From IMG/VR virus record IMGVR_UViG_3300033121_001607: DNA of 64,000 bases. One strand, given 5' to 3'. Both the position numbers and the translations under genes were made by a program. How positions within the stretch are numbered: the first letter of the stretch is position 1; each line of letters opens with the position of its first letter. Source of the stretch: an uncultured virus (IMG/VR IMGVR_UViG_3300033121_001607). Lineage: Duplodnaviria > Heunggongvirae > Uroviricota > Caudoviricetes. The notes under the pieces were generated by a model. The model was not told where the DNA came from. It saw nothing but the letters and a program-made list of their open reading frames with translations, and made no database searches. Below, in pieces: positions 41,306-50,773 of the stretch.

Positions 41306-41635
41306 TTAGTGCTTTATCATCTTAGACGGAGTAACCATGAGCCAAATCTCATTGTCCGCCTTTATATTTTCGTCAGTTTTCTCCGGATCTTTTAGCTCAG
41401 TATGAAACAAATTCTCTGCACAAATGCCTTCGCAAATAGAAAGACTATCCTTGTGGATGCAAACATATAATTTTTTGGTTGAGTTATCGATGTAGAAAAA
41501 TCTAAGAAGCTCTTTCATTGCGCTGATAACATTAGCGGTATCGTAGCCTTGTCTAAACTCGACACTATACTCTTCAAGATAGATGAAGTTTTTATGCATG
41601 ATTTGCCCTTTGTCAATAGTTCTAAATTTGGGCAA
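41306..41635 (-). CDS. Hypothetical protein
   Basis: TTG start with GAGG RBS. Confidence 0.5.
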   Translation of the reverse strand: MPKFRTIDKGQIMHKNFIYLEEYSVEFRQGYDTANVISAMKELLRFFYIDNSTKKLYVCIHKDSLSICEGICAENLFHTELKDPEKTDENIKADNEIWLMVTPSKMIKH

Positions 41636-41650
41636 ATCAATCCTCTAGAA

Positions 41651-42139
41651 CTATTCTAAAGCCCAAGGAATCCTGCGAAGTCTGTAAAAATACCTAATAA
41701 CATCATAAACCGCGCCTTTACCGCCGGAAAAGTGCGAAGAATAGACAGAGTGTTCGATGATTTCAGGCACGGCATCAGAGGGGCATCCAGAAAAAGCTGC
41801 CTCAACAATACACTTGTAATCATTCTCAGCATCACCAATATAAGCAACTTCCTCCCAGCTTAACTTGTTTTCAATTATGTACTCGCTTAGTTTTACAAAC
41901 TTATTATCACAGCCCGATAGAATAGGATACTTTTTACCAACTTTGGCATAAATTACCCTATCTCTTGAACCCGTTAGGAATACTATCTGAAAACCATTCT
42001 TAGCGGCTTGATCTATTGCGTACATATCTCTTGTGAAGAAATTCTTATATACATCGCCCGCCTCGTTAATATAATAATTTCCGTCAGTAAGCGTTCCATC
42101 TACGTCTATAGCTATCAGTTTTACAGTTTCAATACTCAT
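41651..42139 (-). CDS. kdsC: KdsC-type HAD phosphatase (KDO8P/KDN9P phosphatase family)
   Basis: DVDGTLTDG, F..RD, K, AYIGDAEND, P.DA, GGKGAV. Confidence 0.85.
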   Translation of the reverse strand: MSIETVKLIAIDVDGTLTDGNYYINEAGDVYKNFFTRDMYAIDQAAKNGFQIVFLTGSRDRVIYAKVGKKYPILSGCDNKFVKLSEYIIENKLSWEEVAYIGDAENDYKCIVEAAFSGCPSDAVPEIIEHSVYSSHFSGGKGAVYDVIRYFYRLRRIPWALE

Positions 42140-42993
42140 TCTTCAATCCTTAGTTTGGCTCTTTCAATCATTTCTTCTGCGGTCGGCTCTGGACCAGAAA
42201 ACTCCATAGCCTTTGCAACATTTTTCAAATCTCGACAAAGCTTTCGTAGGCCCTCAGGCTCAAGACTTGCAGCAGCGTCAGTATGACGGATAGTTCTATC
42301 GTCAACAAAATGCCGCTCAATAAACGTAGCACCAAGAACATATGCAGCTATATCCGCTGCGATACCATAACCGTGATTAGAAAATCCAACCTCAAAATTA
42401 TACTCATTAGCAAGTTTTAGCATACCCCTAATGTTCATAAGATATAGCTTATCAAATGGACAAGGATAAAGACTTGTACAGTGATAGACAACAAAACGAC
42501 CTGGATAGGGCTTTATGTAATCAAAAATACGAACTTTCTCATGGTCGAAAGTCATGCCTGTTGAAATATGAATATCGCCTTTATAATTGCTCAAAAGGTA
42601 TTCGAGGATTTTGAAGTTTTGATTACATGCGCTCGGTATTTTGATAAAATCAGGATTTAATGAAACAATCTCTTTAGCAGAGGTCATGTCCCAAACAGAA
42701 GAAGAATACTTAATACCAATCCCTTGACAATAAGACATAAGCTCTAGATGCTGTTCTATTGAAAATTCAAGAGCCTTACGATGTTCAAGATATGTAGGGC
42801 CGTAAGCAAATATCTGATTAGGATGAGGCTTATGCTTAATGGACTCGGGAACGCTTTCTTCAGGATTTCTTTTCTGAAATTTTACATAATCAGCGCCGCA
42901 AAGCTTAGCAAGACTTGCTAATTCCTTAGCTCGTTCCATTTGTCCTAAGTGTACCGCGCCGATCTCGGCAACAACTTTTGCAATAACAGTCAT
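42136..42993 (-). CDS. neuB: NeuB-family nonulosonate (Neu5Ac/KDN-9-P) synthase, no antifreeze domain
   Basis: AEIG..H.G, GADYVKFQKR, KIPSA, ISTGM, HCTSLYP, GFSNH, ERHF...TD..ASLEP. Confidence 0.92.
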   Translation of the reverse strand: MTVIAKVVAEIGAVHLGQMERAKELASLAKLCGADYVKFQKRNPEESVPESIKHKPHPNQIFAYGPTYLEHRKALEFSIEQHLELMSYCQGIGIKYSSSVWDMTSAKEIVSLNPDFIKIPSACNQNFKILEYLLSNYKGDIHISTGMTFDHEKVRIFDYIKPYPGRFVVYHCTSLYPCPFDKLYLMNIRGMLKLANEYNFEVGFSNHGYGIAADIAAYVLGATFIERHFVDDRTIRHTDAAASLEPEGLRKLCRDLKNVAKAMEFSGPEPTAEEMIERAKLRIEE

Positions 42994-43718
42994 AAACAGC
43001 TTCCGTAATAATCGTGCAACGATTGCATCATTACAAAATCTTCCATATTATCAATCTGAAGACTTTCAAACTTATCGGTTGGGTAAATTTCAACAACTCC
43101 AGAAACCCTACAACGAAATTCTAGATACTTGTCAATCTTTGTTATATAGATATTTCCATTGTCATGATAATAGTAGTCCCTATCAAAAAGTTCTTGCCTC
43201 ATTGGTCTATTCAGTACATCATAAGTTGGAATATAAGCGTGACCAACTCCTGTTTTCTTCCAAAAGAAAGGAGCAGAAGCAGTAACAGTTAATAAGCTAT
43301 CAGCCTCAGTCTCAATAAGCTTATCAAAGCACTTATCTATCAACCCGTCCCTTCTCGCAGGAGAAGTCGCCTGCAACATAACAAGATAATCAAATTCAGT
43401 ATAATATGGATAATTATTAAATAAATGATTAATGGCTTCTTCGGTTTTGCTTATTGGAGAACATAGTTCTAACGGCCTCTCAACTGCTCTGAAAGTCTTT
43501 TCGGGATGCTCAGAAGCAAACTTGTTGAATGCTTCAAAAACTAAAGGATCAATCGCTGAAACAACTATTTCATCTATATACTTACTTTGTGTTGCAGCAA
43601 GCAACGTCCACTCTAAAAGAGAGTGTTGACCAATCTTTTTGAACATCTTGCCAGGAAGGCCAACAGAAGCTGTCTTTCCAGGAATGAAAGCTATTACTTT
43701 TGAGTTATCGGGGAGCAT
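42990..43718 (-). CDS. neuA: NeuA-family acylneuraminate cytidylyltransferase
   Basis: AFIP...S.GLPGK, RP.EL, LQATSPAR, RPMRQE, NGNIY, SLQIDN.EDF. Confidence 0.88.
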   Translation of the reverse strand: MLPDNSKVIAFIPGKTASVGLPGKMFKKIGQHSLLEWTLLAATQSKYIDEIVVSAIDPLVFEAFNKFASEHPEKTFRAVERPLELCSPISKTEEAINHLFNNYPYYTEFDYLVMLQATSPARRDGLIDKCFDKLIETEADSLLTVTASAPFFWKKTGVGHAYIPTYDVLNRPMRQELFDRDYYYHDNGNIYITKIDKYLEFRCRVSGVVEIYPTDKFESLQIDNMEDFVMMQSLHDYYGSCL

Positions 43719-44472
43719 ATTTCTTTCTATTTCCATATGTTTTAATAACTTCAGACAAGCTAATCCTTGGAAAAACCTCAACAATTCCACCAGAGGCATT
43801 GAGTATTCTTCCTTGCATCAAACTTGGATTCATTTCAGCAAAATGATTCCAATATAGATCGTATGCAACACAATGATTATCGACAGGCTTATCTCTAAGC
43901 AGCCCCCTATTTGGCGAAGAAAAGATTCGGTTATTATACTCTACTGCTTTGGGTTGATTAGGAAACTGCCAATAATACCTATTCCTTCCTTCGTAACAAC
44001 CGTCCATACCAAGAAGAACAATAGGATCGCATCCCATGATATAAGCAATATGCATTGCCGAAGCAGCAGACGTTCTTGCTCCCATAATTGGCTTCTCTGG
44101 GTCGTCCGTCATAACAACATTTTCTTTGTGATAAATCAACCCATTTGGACCTGGCGAAGCCCATCCTACATGGTCATAAAAAAGAACTTCTTCTGGCCTA
44201 AAAATAGACTCATGGCCTTGAAGTTTTTCCCTATAAAGAAGCTTTATACATTTACTTTGCTTAGCCGTTACTTGCCAATAGTTCCAACTACAAACACCAT
44301 TGTCGTCGGTTACAAAATAATCACAGTTAGGGAACTTCAATAAACCAGAATTGGACGTAAAAACAACATAGTCCTTTAGACTATCTGTTTCAACATACCG
44401 TAGCGATGGGCCTGCTCCAACAACAAAACCAAGCTTACCCTTATGTTTATCCTTGAAATCACTCAGATGCAT
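43705..44472 (-). CDS. DUF115/Maf-like protein, probable nonulosonate transferase
   Basis: FKDKHKG, VVGAGPSL, AYIMGCDPIVLLGMD; directly upstream of neuA and neuB. Confidence 0.65.
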   Translation of the reverse strand: MHLSDFKDKHKGKLGFVVGAGPSLRYVETDSLKDYVVFTSNSGLLKFPNCDYFVTDDNGVCSWNYWQVTAKQSKCIKLLYREKLQGHESIFRPEEVLFYDHVGWASPGPNGLIYHKENVVMTDDPEKPIMGARTSAASAMHIAYIMGCDPIVLLGMDGCYEGRNRYYWQFPNQPKAVEYNNRIFSSPNRGLLRDKPVDNHCVAYDLYWNHFAEMNPSLMQGRILNASGGIVEVFPRISLSEVIKTYGNRKKYAPR

Positions 44473-44480
44473 TCAAGCCT

Positions 44481-45446
44481 CTATTCTATTACTTCCTCTT
44501 CTCTTATGAGGCGATTCTTTGCCATATTCAAATACTCTTGCTTGCCGTCTATACCAATGAACTTTCGTCCATTTCGCAAAGCTATAACACCTGTCGTACC
44601 TGAGCCACAGAAAATATCAAGAACCACGCTTTTGTCAACTTCATTTGTTTCGCAGCTACAAGTCTTGAACCATCCAACAGTCTTTGTATCAGTTAGATGC
44701 CTTCCCGAATCTCTATTAGCAAAACCCTTCTTATCAACTTTATTATGTATACCAGGACGAGTTGAATAGCGGGTTTTCTGAACTTGTCTTTCATAAGGAG
44801 AGCCGCATGTTTTACAACATCCGTGACCGCTTGTTGAAGCTAAAACGCAAGGCTCAACCAAACCTTGAGGAAAAACAGCAAAGTGAGCGCCCTTAAAAGA
44901 CGCAACAGGAACGGTCCAAACGTCCCTCTTGATTCGCCTCTTGAAAGAGCCGTCCGCATTGCGTTCAACAGCATTTTCTTTTATAGACTCTTGATCATAA
45001 TAATAGTTTTCAGATTTACCAAGAAGAAACAGATACTCATGCGAAGAAACTGGCCTATCTGTTACGCCGCCAGGAAGAGGATTCGGTTTGGCCCATATTA
45101 TGTCGCTTCTCAAAAACCAACCGTCTTTCCTTAGAGCAAAAGCGAGCATCCAAGGGATTCCCAAAAGATCTCCCTTCTTATAACCTTCACCAGAAGATCT
45201 TGCATAAGTATCGCCTATATTAAGCCAAACAGTCCCGTCATTTCTAAGAGTTCTTTTAGTCGCAGAAAACACACTAACAAGTTTAGCTATGTATTCTTCA
45301 GGAGTTTTTTCAAGGCCAATCTGATCTTGAAAATCATAATCTCGCAATTGATAATATGGCGGCGAAGTTATAATTGAGTGAACAGATTGATCAGAAATCT
45401 GTTCTAAACCTTTGTAAACATTGTCGCATATAAGACTGTGATTCAC
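44481..45446 (-). CDS. Beta-class N4-cytosine/N6-adenine DNA methyltransferase with CxxC insert
   Basis: ITSPPY, WLNIGD, DIIWAK, HEY, HFAVFP, DIFCGSGTTG; GTG start with AGGAG. Confidence 0.9.
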   Translation of the reverse strand: MNHSLICDNVYKGLEQISDQSVHSIITSPPYYQLRDYDFQDQIGLEKTPEEYIAKLVSVFSATKRTLRNDGTVWLNIGDTYARSSGEGYKKGDLLGIPWMLAFALRKDGWFLRSDIIWAKPNPLPGGVTDRPVSSHEYLFLLGKSENYYYDQESIKENAVERNADGSFKRRIKRDVWTVPVASFKGAHFAVFPQGLVEPCVLASTSGHGCCKTCGSPYERQVQKTRYSTRPGIHNKVDKKGFANRDSGRHLTDTKTVGWFKTCSCETNEVDKSVVLDIFCGSGTTGVIALRNGRKFIGIDGKQEYLNMAKNRLIREEEVIE

Positions 45447-45451
45447 TAGAC

Positions 45452-45477
45452 ATACTCCTGTTTCCAGGAGTATCGAC
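45452..45477 (-). promoter_or_regulatory. GTCGATAC box overlapping an RBS-sequestering hairpin upstream of the DNA methyltransferase
   Basis: GTCG-ATACTCCTG-GAAA-CAGGAGTAT: perfect 9-bp stem; AGGAG lies in the 3' arm. Confidence 0.65.
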
Positions 45478-45488
45478 TAGCTACGATT

Positions 45489-48400
45489 TTATCTTGCGCG
45501 AATCATTCTTATTGTATTCGCAAGCCCTGATTCCTGAAGAAAGCGGCTCTTCTTGGTCGGTTCAAAAACTATACCGCCATTCTTGAACCGTTGCATTCTT
45601 GTATCAGCAAAAGAGACAATCAATCTCTGCTCCGCCCTTGTCATGCCAACATAACAAAGTCTTCGTTCTTCGTCAAGACCATCTCTTTCCATCAAAGCTC
45701 GCTTATGAGGAAGCTGTCCCTCTTCAAGGCCAGGCATGAATACAACTGGAAACTCTAGTCCCTTTGAGGCATGAAGAGACATTAGGGAAACGGTATTTTC
45801 TTCTGTATCCTTATCAGAAGAACTTTGCAAAGCTATGTTGTTCAAATATCCAACAATGTCGTTGCCTCTCTTTTCTGTATACAGAGAACAGGCGTTGATA
45901 AGCTCTTGGACATTATCCTTTCTGTCGTCAAGTTCTTTTGTTTCATACTTAGATTCAAGAAAACGATAATATCCAAGTCGAACAACAATATTGTCCAAAA
46001 CATCGCCTATTGACATGCCTGTTCTATCAAATGAAAAAGCTGCATGAATTTCTTCGCATCCCTGTATAACCCTTGCTTTATCATTACCAGAAGCAAACTC
46101 TCTAACTCGCTTCATGGCTTCCATAAGATTAATGCCTTGCTCGTTAGCAAAGTTCTCAATCTTGCCCAAAGATACTTCTCCGATTCGACGAGAAGGTTTG
46201 TTAACAAAACGAGATAAGGCAGTTCCGTCAAAAGGATTGACAATAAATCGTAACATCGCAAGACAATCTCGAATTTCAGAGCGATCAAAGAAACTAAAGC
46301 CTCCAATAACTTGATAAGTCACACCAACAGCCATAAGACCTTGCTCGATGGCCCTCGACATCGCATTGATTCTATACAGAACCGCAAAATCATGAGGTTT
46401 ATAACCTTCATTATCAATCATATGCTTAATACGATGAGCAATCCATGCTCCTTCCTGCTCTGGTGTTGGTAAACAAATGCATTCAACAGGCTGTCCGCTT
46501 TCATTACCTGTTTTAAACTCAAGAGTTTGTTGACGATTCTTGTTATGCTTTATAAGCGTTGAAGCAACCTTAACAATCTCTGGTGTTGACCTATAGTTAT
46601 GAGGCAAATTGACAACTTTAGCCTTGTTGAGATTGATGAAATCTTCTATGTTCTTATAGCGAGCGCCACGCCATGAGTAAATGCCCTGATCTGGATCCCC
46701 GACTATAAGAACGTTATTATGTGCGCCAATTAACTGAACAATTCTAAACTGAGCAAAGTTTGTATCTTGAGCCTCGTCAACCTGTACAAAATCAAAACGA
46801 GTTTGCAGCTTACAAAGAACAGAACCGTCTTTTTCAAGGAGTCTAATCGTTTCAGACAATAAACCGCTAAAATCTATCTGATTGTTCTTTCTCATACGAA
46901 GAACATATTCTCTACAAACTTCGCCTTCGGCTTCATGTTTGAAATGAGAAGGAAAATCGTCCTCAGAAATGAGGTTTTCTCTAAGCTCATTAGCTTTCCA
47001 AATAAGGCTCTTTATCTGTTGCGCATTCCATTCATGACCCAATTGCCTAGCACACTGTGCCATCAAGCCTTCTTGGTCTTCATCATCAAGAATAATTGTA
47101 TTAAGTCCATAGCCAATATAAGATCCATACTTTCTGATAATTGTTGCGCAAAGAGCATGGAAAGTGCTTATGTAAACTTCTTGACCTTGCGTTTCGCCAA
47201 GCTGTTTACAAACTCTTTCTTTCATCTCATTCGCAGCTTTATTAGTGAACGTTATGCAAAGAATAGAACGAGGGCTATGGCCCTTCTCAATAAGACGAAT
47301 AACTCTTTCAACAATAACTCTCGTATTGTGATTTACAAATCCATTAGCAATAAAATTGTGAGAACCTTCCACAAAATAATCATAAACATGCTGTTCTCCA
47401 CCGTCAGACACAGACTCAACCTTACTAAATCCAAAATTATCAACCAAAAACATCAGTTGATCCAAATATTCAGATTCAATATTAGCTAAATCACAAGCCG
47501 ATCTTAATCTATAGGCAGCAGTTTCTGTCAAGCCTCGGCAAACTTTCTTAGACTTAGAACAATATCTTGCTAATCTAACAAAGCCTCCGTTTGCGTCATA
47601 AAAATGACTTGTTTTCGGATCGTAGTTATCTGGCTGCTTTTCCTTAATTTGGCTGTATATGCTAGATACTAAGTGATCTGCAAATGGGATGACCCTGTTA
47701 GGATTCGATTTTTTTGATGTAATACTTTTGAGTTGCTGTTGTTTTCTCGTAAGGCGGAATCCTAGATTCATTTCGAATCTGCGAACATCCTCACCTGAAA
47801 TATAAAGACGATAATATAAAGATCCATCAACTTCTTTTGTTCTTAACGAAGAAAATACTCCAAACCTCAAAAGAATAATTTGAATTTGCTCTATGAGTTT
47901 TTTGGAACAAAGACAAATTTCTACATTACCACCACTAACATAACCGTCAGTATCAAAAAGACCCTGCACAAGGCTGCCTAGTTCTCCTCTTCCTCCTGCA
48001 AGCATTTGCGGAGTAAGCTTCTTATCGCAAGCTAAACTAAAAAAGTTACCAAATTTTTGATGCAACTGTTCTTTGATATCCTTAGAGCAAATTACAATAG
48101 ATCTAAGCCCTACTCGTCTTTTGTCATAATATACTTTTGCGTCATATTCGAAGTATTCTTTGAATATTTCAACAAATAATGATTCAATCTCATCGTCATT
48201 AGTTGTTATACTAACTTCGTTTTTTCTTGCTAAATAACCATCACCTAACATCAAACCAACGGTATACCAAATATCATATACACTGGGATGCCGAATCATT
48301 GGGCAATCGTGTGATTTCTCCATTTGTAGGACAGCAACATCACCAACTTTAATATCTTCCAGTTTTTTCCATTCAAGTTCGCATTTGTTATTCAAAATAG

Positions 48401-48749
48401 CAATAGGATGATGATGTGTTCCTTGAATCGAATATCCTTGTTCGGTAATTATTTTGAGTGTTGATTTAATACCAGAATCAACAAAGTTAGTGATCCTAAT
48501 AGGACGATAATTGCTTTGATTCAGAGATTCTGCATCAAAAGCCCGTATCCATTCAACCTTATCATTTTCAATTGGAGAAAACCCATCGCTAAGTACAACG
48601 ATAGAATCACCTGTTATACATTTACCAGAACCAGGACAGGCGCATACGAAACACGGCCCCATAACATGATCAACAGCTTCTAGCTGTTCAGTGTTTAGAC
48701 TGATTTTTCTTTGAACACTCTCCGCAGGGCGGTTTGGATTGCTGCTCAT
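45489..48749 (-). CDS. uvrD: UvrD/PcrA SF1 helicase containing an intein
   Basis: PGSGK|T, ITFTNKAA, STFHA, VDEAQD, GDPDQ, NYRST, HASKGLEF, EERRLCYVGMTRA. Confidence 0.95.
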   Translation of the reverse strand: MSSNPNRPAESVQRKISLNTEQLEAVDHVMGPCFVCACPGSGKCITGDSIVVLSDGFSPIENDKVEWIRAFDAESLNQSNYRPIRITNFVDSGIKSTLKIITEQGYSIQGTHHHPIAILNNKCELEWKKLEDIKVGDVAVLQMEKSHDCPMIRHPSVYDIWYTVGLMLGDGYLARKNEVSITTNDDEIESLFVEIFKEYFEYDAKVYYDKRRVGLRSIVICSKDIKEQLHQKFGNFFSLACDKKLTPQMLAGGRGELGSLVQGLFDTDGYVSGGNVEICLCSKKLIEQIQIILLRFGVFSSLRTKEVDGSLYYRLYISGEDVRRFEMNLGFRLTRKQQQLKSITSKKSNPNRVIPFADHLVSSIYSQIKEKQPDNYDPKTSHFYDANGGFVRLARYCSKSKKVCRGLTETAAYRLRSACDLANIESEYLDQLMFLVDNFGFSKVESVSDGGEQHVYDYFVEGSHNFIANGFVNHNTRVIVERVIRLIEKGHSPRSILCITFTNKAANEMKERVCKQLGETQGQEVYISTFHALCATIIRKYGSYIGYGLNTIILDDEDQEGLMAQCARQLGHEWNAQQIKSLIWKANELRENLISEDDFPSHFKHEAEGEVCREYVLRMRKNNQIDFSGLLSETIRLLEKDGSVLCKLQTRFDFVQVDEAQDTNFAQFRIVQLIGAHNNVLIVGDPDQGIYSWRGARYKNIEDFINLNKAKVVNLPHNYRSTPEIVKVASTLIKHNKNRQQTLEFKTGNESGQPVECICLPTPEQEGAWIAHRIKHMIDNEGYKPHDFAVLYRINAMSRAIEQGLMAVGVTYQVIGGFSFFDRSEIRDCLAMLRFIVNPFDGTALSRFVNKPSRRIGEVSLGKIENFANEQGINLMEAMKRVREFASGNDKARVIQGCEEIHAAFSFDRTGMSIGDVLDNIVVRLGYYRFLESKYETKELDDRKDNVQELINACSLYTEKRGNDIVGYLNNIALQSSSDKDTEENTVSLMSLHASKGLEFPVVFMPGLEEGQLPHKRALMERDGLDEERRLCYVGMTRAEQRLIVSFADTRMQRFKNGGIVFEPTKKSRFLQESGLANTIRMIRAR
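47325..48620 (-). mobile_element. 432-aa intein with LAGLIDADG endonuclease in the UvrD Walker A motif
   Basis: Starts CITGDS after GSGK; T..HP block B; GLMLGDG and GLFDTDG; VYD; ends NGFVNHN before extein Thr. Confidence 0.95.
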
Positions 48750-49092
48750 GAATAGACCTCATTATTTCTTGATGACCTACCGTCCTATTTGCAACGCTTG
48801 CATTTATTCTAAAAAACTCTTCCAATTGTTTTGTATGCTCTCTAGCTTTCTCTATAAAGACAATTGGGCTAATATAGCCTATGTGAGTATGAAAAACCTT
48901 TCCGCTTTCCGAATACATTGCCTGTATATGCGGAAGTTCGTCTACATTATAGGTATTACATAACACTTCATTTTCAGCAACATCAACGTCAACATACTCA
49001 TACGCAATATCGTGATGCTGGAACGCCTTAATTAGAGCTTGGCATCGTTCGCATTCTGGTGAACCAAAGATTCGTATAGTAAACGAACTCAT
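48688..49092 (-). CDS. Glutaredoxin/thioredoxin-like protein
   Basis: CERC, YEYVDVD, LPHI; GGAG RBS. Confidence 0.7.
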   Translation of the reverse strand: MSSFTIRIFGSPECERCQALIKAFQHHDIAYEYVDVDVAENEVLCNTYNVDELPHIQAMYSESGKVFHTHIGYISPIVFIEKAREHTKQLEEFFRINASVANRTVGHQEIMRSIHEQQSKPPCGECSKKNQSKH

Positions 49093-49093
49093 G

Positions 49094-49444
49094 TTACTCT
49101 CCTTCGACATTTTTCTTTGAAACCCCAAAGTATTCACGAAGACCGTCGTTAAGGCCTTGATATTCCGCAACAGGAGAAGCTTTTGGCAGATTAGGTTCTT
49201 CGTCTATGACAAAATTAATATCTTTACCTGTCATATCTAAACAAAACTTATGTAATATTTCTGGAGTCGCTTTCCCTTTAATGTTAAGGCAGGAAAGAAG
49301 GTCTATACTAGGCCAAACATAAGTCTGTTCCATCCCAGAATCCGCAAACTTCAAAGTCCAACTAATAAGATCAGCATGCTCAAGGTATTTACTTTCAATA
49401 ATTTTAGCTTTCCTTGGGGGAAGCATCCTCTTTGGCTCGCTCAC
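49094..49444 (-). CDS. Hypothetical protein
   Basis: GTG start with AGGAG. Confidence 0.55.
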   Translation of the reverse strand: MSEPKRMLPPRKAKIIESKYLEHADLISWTLKFADSGMEQTYVWPSIDLLSCLNIKGKATPEILHKFCLDMTGKDINFVIDEEPNLPKASPVAEYQGLNDGLREYFGVSKKNVEGE

Positions 49445-50165
49445 GCTTCTGCTCCTTAAAATTTTTCAACATACTCATCATTCTTTGGATGACTCGTTCT
49501 TTATCAATTTTAGAGCCGCTAACTCGTATTTCCGAAAGTTTACACAAATTCTCTTCGCCCAAAAGATGAACAAGTATATGATCGTGATAGGTTCTATAAG
49601 AGCCGCCATCGTCGTCAGAAATAAATTCAGGCTTTACACCCATTCTCATTTCTATTGACTTAAGTTCTAACCACCAGTTGTCCGTATCTTTCTTTGTAAC
49701 TATTCTACCGTCAACAGTAGAAACAAGATTACATTGCTCTCGTATATCAGGATAAATAATCTTTAATCTCTCATATCTAGGCTTAAACTCTTCTTCTGGA
49801 GTAATGCCATAAACCCTACAGTTAAAAGGCCTCGTCTCATGCTGAGCGCACATATTTGTTTCTTTGTTTAAGAAAACACAACCCTTATCTTCATTTGGGT
49901 AAAGATATTTTCTCAAACATCTTTCTATCAGCGATTCAAAATCCCCGTCAGAAAAAGAAGACGTTACATTCTTCCATGTATTAAGAAACTCTGAATACAA
50001 AACTTGCGGGGTTTGCATTCGGCAGCACCAGGCCCCGCAACCGCCCTCTGATTCAGGCTTTCCTATATGTTCCATACAGCCTTTTGTATCTGGAATTTTA
50101 CTGTATAAAACATTCAAAGAAACTCTAGCTTCTTTTTCTTTTTTAGACGTAACCGAATAAAGCAT
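49404..50165 (-). CDS. YkgJ-like cysteine-cluster (CxxCxxCC) protein
   Basis: C...CGAWCC, CVFL...CAQH..RPFNCRVYG. Confidence 0.75.
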   Translation of the reverse strand: MLYSVTSKKEKEARVSLNVLYSKIPDTKGCMEHIGKPESEGGCGAWCCRMQTPQVLYSEFLNTWKNVTSSFSDGDFESLIERCLRKYLYPNEDKGCVFLNKETNMCAQHETRPFNCRVYGITPEEEFKPRYERLKIIYPDIREQCNLVSTVDGRIVTKKDTDNWWLELKSIEMRMGVKPEFISDDDGGSYRTYHDHILVHLLGEENLCKLSEIRVSGSKIDKERVIQRMMSMLKNFKEQKRERAKEDASPKES

Positions 50166-50773
50166 TATTGAAGCTCCCTTTTGTGATTTAACTTAGGATC
50201 AACAAAACTAATTGCAGCTTGAACATTAATGTCTTGAGCATCAATTCCTTCGCAGCAAAAACTAATGATTTTGGGTATCAAATCGACGGGATTGTCGGTT
50301 AGTTCATTGAAATTCACATCAAGATTATACAATCCATATTCTTCTATAAGATTCTTTCTATTGAATCTTATAAGAGAATGCATGTGTTCTATAAATTCTC
50401 TAGTTCTAAAACGTCCATATTTTACAAGGGAACTCTTAATCGCCCCTTCTTCTGGTCTATCTATAGATAAAATCCTACAATTTACATAAGGTAATACATA
50501 TTTATAACGAAAAGCTATCTGATATGATTTAAGACCCCAAAGCGGACTCTTATTTCGTTCCTCAAAATATGTCCTAAACTCTCGCTCTCTCTCAATCACA
50601 TCCTCTTTGCTCGCTAAAAGCTCAAAAGGAAGGTCTTCAAAATGACCCTTTGGATTAAGAGGACTTGGCCCCCTGAGATTGGAACCCATGCTTATGCCGG
50701 CAACGTGAAGCGCTCCAGCCAAACAAGACGAACCAGACCCCTGAGGGCCAATTATAAACACTGCGCGAGACAT
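50165..50773 (-). CDS. Sulfotransferase-family P-loop protein
   Basis: IIGPQGSGSS.LAG.L, NPKGHFED, WGLK, R.....S, FVDPKL. Confidence 0.7.
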   Translation of the reverse strand: MSRAVFIIGPQGSGSSCLAGALHVAGISMGSNLRGPSPLNPKGHFEDLPFELLASKEDVIEREREFRTYFEERNKSPLWGLKSYQIAFRYKYVLPYVNCRILSIDRPEEGAIKSSLVKYGRFRTREFIEHMHSLIRFNRKNLIEEYGLYNLDVNFNELTDNPVDLIPKIISFCCEGIDAQDINVQAAISFVDPKLNHKRELQ

